DNA of 63,471 nucleotides, filler included, from Pirum gemmata (Eukaryota): NCBI GenBank assembly GCA_002812295.1. It is 12 parts of 12 records of this genome, joined end to end, with 100 filler letters (N's around TTAATTAATTAA, not from the genome) between each part and the next. Parts side by side here need not be neighbours in the genome. Positions count along the whole stretch, not along the records: positions 52,394 to 57,428 come from PDIN01000736.1; positions 57,529 to 63,471 come from PDIN01000737.1; 10 more parts are not named here. One strand, 5' to 3'. Shown piece by piece: positions 53,858 to 63,471 of this stretch (position 1 is its first letter; each line of letters starts with the position of its first letter). The notes under the pieces were generated by a model. It saw only the letters and a program-made list of their open reading frames with translations, ran no database searches and was not told where the DNA came from. The position numbers and the translations under genes were made by a program.

Positions 53858-53965
53858 GTTAGCTAGCTATCCCCCGATAGCTAGCTAGTAGTTAGCTAGC
53901 TAGCTAGATCATTATCCATAGCTATCCCCCGATAGCTAGCTAACTAGAGCAAGCTACTACAACTA

Positions 53966-54740
53966 GCCTACTACAAATAATTTATATCATAATTATATTA
54001 TCGATATTTATATTATATAATTATTATATTGGGTTATTATAATATAATCTAAGTATAATTAATCTATAACTTATTATTAGGGCTGATTAGGGTTAGGGTC
54101 AGGGTCAGGGTAAGGGTTAAGGTTAGGGTTAGGGTAAGGGTAAGGGTTAGGGTTATTTGATTGATAAATTGTTATTGTTATTGTTATTATTTAATGTAGA
54201 GCGCTAGCTATTATTATTATTATTTTTTTAATTACCAAGCCGGATAAAAATGGCCATATCCTATATGACCTACTACAAATAATTTATATCATAATATTAT
54301 CGATATTTATATAATTACTATATTGGGTTATTATAATATAATCTAAGTATAATCTATAACTTATTATTAGGGCTGATTTAAAATAGGGTTAGGGTAAGGG
54401 TAAGGGTAAGGGTAAGGGTAAGGGTAAGGGTAAGGGTAAGGGTTATTTGATTGATAAATACTGGTGTTTTATTGTTATTGTTATTGTGCTTTTCATTTAT
54501 TTTGTCACTCTGAATATTTATTTGGTCGGTTATAATATTTAAGTTAACATTTTTAAATGAATAAATAAATAATATAATATACCAAATTAAATGAAATGCA
54601 TTTGTATAGTATTAATTTGGTACTCCTTATTTTATATTTTATGATGACAAAACAATTGTGATTATTTAATGTAGAGCGCTAAGCTATTGCTATTATTATT
54701 TTTTTAATTACCAAGCCGGATAAAAATGGCCATATCCCCC
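53966..54740 (+). repeat. Tandem segmental duplication (~295-bp unit with TTAGGG/TAAGGG arrays); second unit carries a MITE A
   Basis: CCTACTACAAATAATTTATATC...CCAAGCCGGATAAAAATGGCCATATCC occurs twice. Confidence 0.9.
54484..54655 (+). mobile_element. MITE family A, right TIR truncated; the paralogous site is empty
   Basis: Absent from the duplicate unit at ~54175-54195. Confidence 0.85.
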
Positions 54741-55045
54741 ATGTGAGCTCAAAACCTCAAAATGACCCAACTTTAATAAAAGTACTACCAAATTTTGAGA
54801 AAATTTCTAATTCAGAAAACTCTATTATGAACCAATGGCTTGTTTTTAAAAATAATTTGGTTAGTTATAATGAGGAAAGAAGTCTAAAAAAAAAGATTTT
54901 TATAGTTTTATCCGGCTTGGCTGTTTTAAAAAAAATATTTTTTTATTTATTTCTAATACGAATATTTAGTTTCTGCCTTTTTCAGCCTACTTCAAGTTCT
55001 ACTACAGTCCACTAGCTAGCTAGCCAGTCTACCTGTCCTGGCAAC

Positions 55046-55086
<41 letters not shown>

Positions 55087-55856
55087 CTTTTTTTTTTTCG
55101 GATGAAACTGTTGAAATCATTTTTTTTTATAAGACTTCTTTTCTAGATCTCTTCTAAATTTTTAATTTTAACTAGCCAATTTATTTTTAAAAACTAGCAA
55201 TTGGCTCATAATAGAGTTTTTTTAGTTAGATGATTTATTAAATTTTGGTAGTACTTATAATAAAATTGGCTCATTTTGAGATTTTTGGATTTTGAGCTCA
55301 TATGGCGGCGGAAATAAATAAATAAATAAAATAAAATAAGTTGAATGTTTTTGAGATGTTTCGAGTATTTTTTTAAATAATGTTCGAAACTTTTGTTGAC
55401 AGAGACATGCTTGAAACTTAAATCATAAGATCTCTTCTAAATTTTTCAATTTTAACTAGCCAATTTGTTTTTAAAAACTAGCAATTGGCTCATAATAGAG
55501 TTTTGTTTAGTCAGATTATTTATAAAATGTTGGTAGTACTTATAATAAAATTGGCTTATTTTGAGATTTTGGATTTTGAGCTCATATGGCGGTTCGAAAC
55601 TTTTGTTGACAGAGACATGCTTGAAACTTCAATCATAAGTAAAGTTGTTTGAAACTTTCACATGTGGCTTTTTAATGATGTGTTCGAATTTTGTTTGATC
55701 TTAATTAATAAGTAATAAAATTTTCGAACTTGATTAATAAGCAGGTAGTCAAGCGGGCGGGGGTAGTCAAGCTAGCTAGCTACTAGCTAGCTAAAGTAGG
55801 TCTATACATGTTTGATTATAATATCATAGAGCCGGGTCTAGCTACTAGGGTCTAGC

Positions 55857-56027
55857 TAGTGCTTTTCAGTTGTTTTGTCATTATAAAGTATACAATAAAT
55901 AGTGCCAAATTAATATAATTTAAATTCACTTAATCTAATTTGGTATATTTTGTTATCTGTATATTGATTTAAAATTGTCAATTTAAATATTATAACCCTC
56001 CAAATAAATATTCGGAGTGATGCACGA
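55857..56027 (-). mobile_element. MITE family A, reverse
   Basis: TAGTGCTTTTCAGTTG...GCACGA|TA. Confidence 0.85.
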
Positions 56028-56380
56028 TATTGATATCGATATAAATTATACATAGACCTAGCTAGACCTCGACTAGAGCATTAAACAAAGAGATTCCAAT
56101 TACAAACACTGAATCTAGATTGCTTGATTTACTTATGAACCGTCTATCAAGTGTATATTGTAATATTTAATAATAAAGTTTTTTTTTTCTAAGTATTTTT
56201 TTTTTATCCAACCTTTTATTCAATTAAAACAACGAAATTATTTGGGTCTTTGTTCAAACGAGTTTGTAATTTTCACGTAGCCGACCTTATTTATTTTTGA
56301 TTTAATTCCTCAAATTATCACTATAACACCAATATTGTTACAACTTATCAAAATTACGTTCTTTTATTACCAACCAAAAC

Positions 56381-56900
56381 CTACATTGTTCCAAAAAGCC
56401 GATAATCGTAAAATATATTCCAATCTGAATGTGTGTGTGTGTATGTGTGTGTTATAGAGGTTTTCAATATATAATAATAATACTCTACGTAAATATGAAA
56501 TGTTATTATTTTGTCTAAACGAATATAGTCGTAAAAAATTAATAATTGAAAACTTTTTGAATAACAAATCCCCAAATAATGTTGAGCCTTTTTGTCTCCT
56601 TGATTAGCAGCTTTACTAAACCATTCCACAGCTTTTTTGTAATCTTGTGTTACACCATATCCAAAGCAATAACAAAATCCCAAATTATTTTGAGCATCTT
56701 CAAACCCTTGATTAGCAGCTTTACTATACCATTCCACAGCTTTTTTGTAATCTTGTGTTACCCCATGCCCCTTTTCATAACAAAGTCCCAAATTATTTTG
56801 AGCCTGTATGTGTCCTTGATTAGCAGCTTTACTATACCATTCCACAGCTTTTTTGTAATCTTGTGTTACCCCATGCCCCTTTTCATAACAAAGTCCCAAA
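56381..56900 (-). CDS. Sel1-like repeat (SLR) protein exon, about 3 repeats; gene ends uncertain
   Basis: 36-aa repeats LGLCYEKGHGVTQDYKKAVEWYSKAANQG..AQNN; AG acceptor at 56901-56902. The ORF part after ~56554 is probably intronic read-through. Confidence 0.85.
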
Positions 56901-57581
56901 CTAAATGGAATCCCATAATATATAATATTAATAGAGTAAAAAACAAAAATTATAAAAGATAATAAACAACTCTAATCCATCATAGTAATTAATAAGTAAT
57001 AAATAGTTTTTATTTAAATTTTATTTTTTAGTTTTTTATTTATTTAGTTACTTTTCCCCTATTTATATTTTTTTTCATTTTTTTTTTTTTCATAATTAAT
57101 TCTATTTTTCTAAAAAATGTATCTTGAAATTTAGAGGTTATAATTAACCTGTTTATTATTATTATCATTACAAATATGGTATTTTGAAACAATGAAATTG
57201 TGTTAATTTTCAAATATAAATTGTTATTAATTTTTTATAAAATTTTAACTTTAAAAAAAATGTGGTTAGCCTCCGAACAGGATACTTGCTTTGATAATGC
57301 AACTTATCGATATATACAACCTGCCAGGGTAGAGTCAGGGTATCGATATCCGGATAGTATGAGCTAGTGTAAGAATACACTGCTATAATAAGCAAATTTA
57401 ATAGCGCTTTTTATTAATAAATTTAATTNNNNNNNNNNNNNNNNNNNNNNNNNNNNNNNNNNNNNNNNNNNNTTAATTAATTAANNNNNNNNNNNNNNNN
57501 NNNNNNNNNNNNNNNNNNNNNNNNNNNNAAACTACAAAAAACAATTATCAAAACGAAACCAAAACAGTATTCTATACTTAC

Positions 57582-57671
57582 AACAACACGAGGATCATTG
57601 TAGTTCCCAGTTTCGAACACAAACTGAGCTGCAATTTCAAGTTTACGAATTACTTCTTGTTCACTCGACAT
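57582..57671 (-). CDS. First exon (30 aa) of a gene with weak resemblance to the exportin-4 N-terminus; identical copy at 58388-58477
   Basis: MSSEQEVIRKLEIAAQFVFETGNYNDPRVV followed by a GTAAGT donor; family call from recalled similarity only. Confidence 0.5.
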
Positions 57672-57896
57672 GATTTAATTAATTAAAAAGTAACAAATGA
57701 GTTATGGTGCGGCGAGGGTGATAAATAGATTGACTTAATAGCCATTCATTATTCAATAAAAACAATGTTGTTGTTGTTGTTGTTGTTGTTATTTATTATG
57801 ATATTTAACACTGCTGTTTATTGTTGTGAAAGCTTGTCCTTTAGTAAATACAAATAATAAATTATATTAAATACAATAGTAATAAATAATAATAAC

Positions 57897-57948
<52 letters not shown>

Positions 57949-59228
57949 GTAATAATAGCAACAACAACAACAACAACAACAACAAACGACAACGCCGAAA
58001 ACTATAGTAAAAGTGTGATAGTAGTAGTAGTAGTAGCAGTAGTAGTAGTAGTTATAATCATTTACACAATTATTAGTGAATAAATCAATGAAAAAGACAA
58101 AAAACAAACAATTTGAAAAATGTGATGTAACAGTGGACCCAGTTCTTTCCCAAATAAAAGCAAAATATTAAAAGGGTGAATAAGATTTGAATAAAACAGT
58201 GCAACAACAAACTACAAACAAACAAACTACAAACAAACTACAACCAAACTACAACCAAACAACAAACAAACGAACAACAAACAAACAAACAAACAATAAA
58301 TAAACAACAAACAATTAACAAACAAAAAATAAACAAACTACAAAAAACAATTATCAAAACGAAACCAAAACAGTATTCTATACTTACAACAACACGAGGA
58401 TCATTGTAGTTCCCAGTTTCGAACACAAACTGAGCTGCAATTTCAAGTTTACGAATTACTTCTTGTTCACTCGACATGATTTAATTAATTAAAAAGTAAC
58501 AAATGAGTTATGGTGCGGCGAGGGTGATAAATAGATTGACTTAATAGCCATTCATTATTCAATAAAAACAATGTTGTTGTNAATAATAATAATAATAAAT
58601 AATAACAATATGACCACAGTGTACTTATTATGAGCATAATTATATTAATTATGCAAGAATTTTGGACATTTTTGGGAAAATATTCGATTCGATTTATTTA
58701 GTCATAGTCTACATACAAAAAGTAGGTTCGTTTCGACAAAATGAATTTTGAAACTTTTTTTTTGTTTGTTGGCCTTCACCACCATACCAGTCAGTACCAT
58801 ACCAGAGTCATACCAGTTACCATACCTTACCATACGGGGAATACCCTCAGAGCTCACTCAGGTTTTTTCAAGCCATTCCAAGGTGTTATGATATTGGTCC
58901 TGGGTTCTTGAATTTACTGAAAATTTGGATTCTTTCGAAATTCTTTTTTATTTTTTTTTCATATTTATATAATTGAATATGGAACCATAGGCGGTGACAC
59001 GAGTACCTAGACTTTCTTTTTGTATAAACCGTAATTTAATAATATTCATGGGTTCTTATAATTATATATAACTTCAAACAACCAATAGAAACTTAATAAA
59101 GCCCGTTTAAATAAACTTTTAAAATTTCGTCCATTCATTTTATATAATCGAACCTAGACCTGGGAGTACCTGGGGAGTCTACTGGTATTATAGTTGTGAC
59201 TTTATGTGACTTGAAGGTTAGAAAACTA

Positions 59229-59402
59229 TTGTGCGTTTCATTTATTTTGTCAATCTTAATATTTATTTGGTTGGTTATGATATTTAAGTTGACTTTTTTA
59301 AATGATATAAATAGATAATAAAACATACCAAATTAAATGAAATGGATTTATATTGTATTAATTTGGTACTCTTTATGATGACAAAACAACTGAAAAGCTC
59401 GA
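59229..59402 (+). mobile_element. MITE family A
   Basis: TA|TTGTGCGTTTCA...TGAAAAGCTCGA|TA. Confidence 0.85.
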
Positions 59403-59710
59403 TAGCTTAGAACTTAAAATGTATTAATTTTAAAAAGCAACTTTTTATTATATTTATAAATAATTCAGTGTAAGTGTAAATCTGCCGCAGGTTGATTTAA
59501 CCCAAATTTTAGCATTTTTCATTTTTTTTTTGTCACTCCGAATATTTATTTGGTTGGTTATAATTTTTTAATTATTAACATTGTTAAATGGATAATCAAA
59601 TATATCAAATTAAATGAAATGGATTTATATTGTATTAATTTGGTACTCTTTATTATATACAGTACAAGCTATGAATAGGTTTACTAGCTAGCGGTACCAG
59701 TAATAAACTA

Positions 59711-59896
59711 TCGTGTGCTTTTCATTTATTTTGTCACTCTGAATATTTATTTGGAGTATTATAATCTTTAAATTGATATTCGTAAGTTAATACATAGATA
59801 ATAAAATATATCAAGTTAAATTAAATGGATTTGTATTGTAATACTTTGGTACTATTTATTGTATTTTTTATGACGACAAAATAACTGAAAAGCGCT
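59711..59896 (+). mobile_element. MITE family A
   Basis: TA|TCGTGTGCTTTTCA...ACTGAAAAGCGC. Confidence 0.85.
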
Positions 59897-60008
59897 TTAT
59901 ATTACTTTTATATTTTATTTATAAATAAAATTTTAATATTTTAATTAAAGTTAAGCAATCAAAAAGCAAAAAACATAAAATAAAGTAATATAAATAATTA
60001 CGTAAGCC

Positions 60009-60334
60009 ATGAGTCTATTATCTTTCGTCAACGCCTTCAGTATGCTTCTTGCTGTTTCGTAAGGTAATATAAATAATTATTATCTATCATCAACGCCTTC
60101 AGTATGTTTCTTGCTGTTTCGTATTCATCAACTTTCACTAGCACTTCGGTCGCTGCCGCACCTTTACAAAGAAGGGACGCAGCTTGGTGTTTTAAAAAAC
60201 CCGAAGCTGACACTCGATGGGGTTGCTCTCCTGAACACCAGCACGCCTCCTCATACGATAAGTTAGTAACGTCTACTTGGTCTAAAGAAAAAATTGAAAA
60301 AGAAGGTAGAAATTACATGAAACTATGCCTATAG
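60009..60334 (+). CDS. Small secreted Cys-containing pre-pro-protein; possible exons 60009-60058 and 60103-60334
   Basis: Hydrophobic leader, AAPLQRR|D dibasic site, 3 Cys; the GTAAGG...TTCAG 44-nt intron restores the frame from ATG 60009. Confidence 0.5.
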
Positions 60335-61283
60335 GAAACTATGACCCCGCTGCTTGGGCGAATTGGTTAAAGAAGGAGTGACATTTATACTGGTAAAAGT
60401 GTGGGTTCTAGAAAAGAAGGGGAGCGATAAATCTTAATCATAGCAGTAAACGTAAGGTCATTCATTTATAATTTGAGAAAGAGAGTAAAATAGTATAATA
60501 TATAGTGTAAAATCAACTACAAAGTTCCAAATTTATTTATTTATTTTTATATTAATTATATTATAATAATATTGTAAAATATTGTCTATCATTATAGAAT
60601 TGTTCATGAGAATGAAATTGTGACAAAATAATATTTTATAAATAATGTTATATTATGTTATATATCATTAAAATATAGATAATATAAACCACCAAAGAAA
60701 CAGCTAGGGAGTGGGGGGACACGACATAACAACAACAACAATAATAATAATAATTTCAAGGCTAACCCTAACCCTACTACTAATACTACTACTAAAACTT
60801 AAAATCCTCCCATTTTAATGAAAATACTATCCATTTTTCAGGAATCGTTTAACTAAGAAAACTCTATTATGAACCAATGGCCAGCTTTTAATAATAATTT
60901 GGCTAGTTTGTATTTTTTCTGTTATAGTTAGTTTTTGTTGAAAATCTTGAGCATTCGAAAGTTTGCCATACTCTAGAAGTGTTGTGGAACATGACCATTA
61001 TTGGTCCCTAATTTTAAATGATGATGGCTTACTGGTTGTAAAGTAAGGAAATTGTATAATAAATTTTTAAAAACTAACTAATTGTATTTTCAGTTTTCAG
61101 TAACCAAAAAGGTGTTGAAAAACAAAAAATTGTTCTGTACTGTGAAAGTTTGATTATATAGCAAGGGCAATTAGATATACCATTAATTGAACGTCCCATA
61201 GTATCCATATACAAACAGGTTAACGTTTATGTGTCAATTCCAGCAACAACAACAAAAAGGTAGACTATGATACCTGATAATAT

Positions 61284-61456
61284 GGGAACATGCATAAAGG
61301 ACGTCACTTATTCATTAATAGAAGTCATTGCTCGAAAGTGTGACTTAAAATGTTCTAGGCAGTAATTAATTGTTAAAATGAACTTTAAAATTATGACCAA
61401 AAGTTTTGGACAAAGAGGCATAGGCAAGATAGGTGACGTCCTTTATGAATGTTCCC
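61284..61456 (+). mobile_element. MITE family E (PIF/Harbinger-like), full copy (~173 bp)
   Basis: 24-bp TIRs GGGAACATGCATAAAGGACGTCAC / GTGACGTCCTTTATGAATGTTCCC; flanks TAT/TAA (close to a TWA target). Confidence 0.85.
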
Positions 61457-61956
61457 TAATTGTGCAACAACAAGAAGAAGGTTACCAGAGCAATAATAGA
61501 CTCTACTACTCTTCAGAGTGGAATACTATAATAATACCATATTATATGTGACTATGATACTATATTAAGAAATGGAGATTTGGATATTACCTTGGATATT
61601 ACTAAATGTGGAATTAAAAGCTTTACAGGCAAGCCAGTTTCTTTAAAAAAAAAAAAAAAATATTGTAATTAGCGATACTGATTAGCTGTATAAATTATTC
61701 CAAATGTATAAGTTCTTTCCATTTTCTCCACAACCCATATATATTTTAACACAGTTATAAATATGGATAGTATAGTTCATACAGCTTACCCTACTGTGCG
61801 GCCTGTGCCATACAGCCCGCGTCGACATTTTATATAAAACAAATCAAATCTCATAGAGTTATCACGTGACCAAACAGACCAAAATACAGATCAAATCAAA
61901 TCGCATAATTACGGCTGTGCCATCAATAAGATGTGTTAGATTTTGGTTGTGTCCTT

Positions 61957-62004
61957 GGTTAGGGTTAGGGTTAGGCCCTTAGGGTTAGGGTTAGGGTTAG
62001 GGTG
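61957..62004 (+). repeat. Short interstitial (TTAGGG)n
   Basis: Hexamer array. Confidence 0.9.
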
Positions 62005-62046
62005 ATAAAATTAATAGCCTATAACCAAGCACAATGAACTAGTTCA

Positions 62047-62103
62047 TCTGGTATTTATAAATTGTAATCTAGACACTCTAGATTACAATTTATAAATATC
62101 AGA
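62047..62103. repeat. Hairpin: 27-bp arms (1 mismatch), 3-nt loop
   Basis: TCTGGTATTTATAAATTGTAATCTAGA-CAC-TCTAGATTACAATTTATAAATATCAGA. Confidence 0.9.
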
Positions 62104-62413
62104 ATGTCACCCCACAAAAAAAAAGTCTTCACTTGTACACCTGAACGTCCCATATGACTTCTAAACGTCCCATGAACGTCCCAAAAAAAGCTCTAAACGT
62201 ATTTAAAAACGTATTTATATGTCATTTGCTTACATGGTGATCTGCCGGGGTTAGTTGGAGGTCAATGACACATGACATTTAATTTTTGAAAAATAAAAAC
62301 TTACTATATTTTTTTATTTTTACAAGGCTGTCCGTTTAGACTATTAAATGTCATTGTTACATATTTTTTTTTTATTATCATATAATAATCCTTGCTCACC
62401 ATTTTCCTCTACC

Positions 62414-62724
62414 TTAGCCTTCACTTGCCCCCTTAGCCCATACTAACGGTACACCCCTGTCAAAATAGGTTACGATGATGGATGGTGGTATTTCTTTTAG
62501 TATTAAGTAACACTCACCCCTAGTGCTTGGAGCGGTTAGCTTTAGCATAAGTAGATTAGAATAATTATGTCGTTCCATTATAACTTCAACATCAACATCT
62601 AACACCAACCCTTTCAAATAATTGCGACATTTTACATGCTCTTCAAGCATAACACTTAACTTTTCTCTTGTCAATATTCTATCAACTTTTTCATTGTAAG
62701 CTTATGTTCTGCAAAAGTGGGCAT
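62414..62724 (-). pseudogene. Frameshifted short ORF relic, unknown product
   Basis: ATG at 62724 (MPTFAEH) is out of frame with the following ~95-codon open frame AYNEKVDRILTREKL...; composition is more coding-like than the flanks. Confidence 0.4.
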
Positions 62725-63471
62725 GGTTATTATTATTGTTGTTGTTATTTATTTTTATCATATTAATTAAACTGCTTAAAAATACAATAACCATTTTTTT
62801 TTTTCATATACATGAAATTTGCACATTTTACTTTTATAATAAATATTTATTATTACATCTAGCTAGATGTATGGGTGTAAACTCTCAATGACCACTCTAT
62901 TTCTATTGGGTAATAAAGGCTTCTCCCAATTCGAGTCTGTATATTAATTAATAAGTTCGAAATGTTCAAGCTTAACATTAAGTATTCAAATATATTTATT
63001 TACTAATAAGATCGAAAAATACGAAAAAAATATTTTTCGAACGTAGCTGAATTTTGGCTTTTTTTTTTGAAAGCAGAAATTTGAGTTTTCGGGTTTGAGC
63101 TTTGAGCAAATTTTCAGAACTTTTTTTAGACTATGCATTATTTTTTTTTTTATGATATGCATATCATAAAAAAAAAAAATAGACTAGACAACTATCATCA
63201 ATTGCAAGGATAGACTAGTGGTGATATAATAATAACAATAATGATAATCAAATAATGGTGATAATAATAATAATGATTATGATCATAATTAATAGTAAAT
63301 GTGAATCATTAAATTAAATGATAATAATGATGGCGATAATGATGATGATGACAAGAATGATAATAATAGGCCTAGGGACAATGATATTAATTAATATTAA
63401 TATTAGTATAATATTAATGATACTGATAATAATAATTAGATGATAGTAACGATGCCAGCAATAATAATAAT

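Noticed and set aside
54743..55015. 90-aa ORF (also 2831-3037, 21521-21802, 59135-59326, 15702-16041)
   Set aside because: These lie in non-coding MITE sequence, and the frames are not conserved among copies where copies exist.
56579..56962. 127-aa plus-strand ORF (also 3834-4019, 14513-14764, 42579-42800)
   Set aside because: Antisense shadows of the Sel1, Copia, YqaJ and esterase coding regions.
57529..58580. Genuine tandem duplication of the MSSEQ first exon
   Set aside because: The ~250-bp copies look identical and end at simple repeats and an N; more likely an assembly artefact, though not excluded.
2225..59896. Recurring repeats as a CRISPR-like array
   Set aside because: Copies are dispersed, ~185 bp, in both orientations and have TIRs; no regular repeat-spacer structure and no cas genes.

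Overview
AT-rich, intron-rich eukaryotic DNA with TTAGGG-type telomeric repeats, probably from an opisthokont microbe (early-diverging fungus or unicellular holozoan); the taxon cannot be fixed from sequence. The window is not contiguous: it is 12 pieces of about 5-6 kb joined by 11 identical 100-nt artificial linkers (N44-TTAATTAATTAA-N44), so no linkage across pieces can be inferred. Genes reconstructed by hand with GT-AG introns: a secreted PAN/Apple + 3x CBM1 protein (521-1792), a membrane-anchored DUF3712/LEA-2-like + Notum/pectinacetylesterase-family hydrolase (42594-46491, minus), the 3' part of a class I sirtuin (47741-49655), a Sel1-repeat exon, a small secreted pro-peptide and a few partial exons. 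Mobile DNA dominates the rest. It includes a Ty1/Copia RNase H + short LTR relic, a decayed gene with a YqaJ/lambda-exonuclease domain and a piggyBac-like C-terminus, and at least 8 MITE families (one with about 17 copies and a filled/empty site pair). There is also a tRNA-derived SINE nested in a MITE, many interstitial TTAGGG arrays, and dense TA-N(1-4)-TA/(CTAG)n tracts that may be accumulated transposon excision footprints. All domain calls come from motif recognition by eye; no database searches were run.
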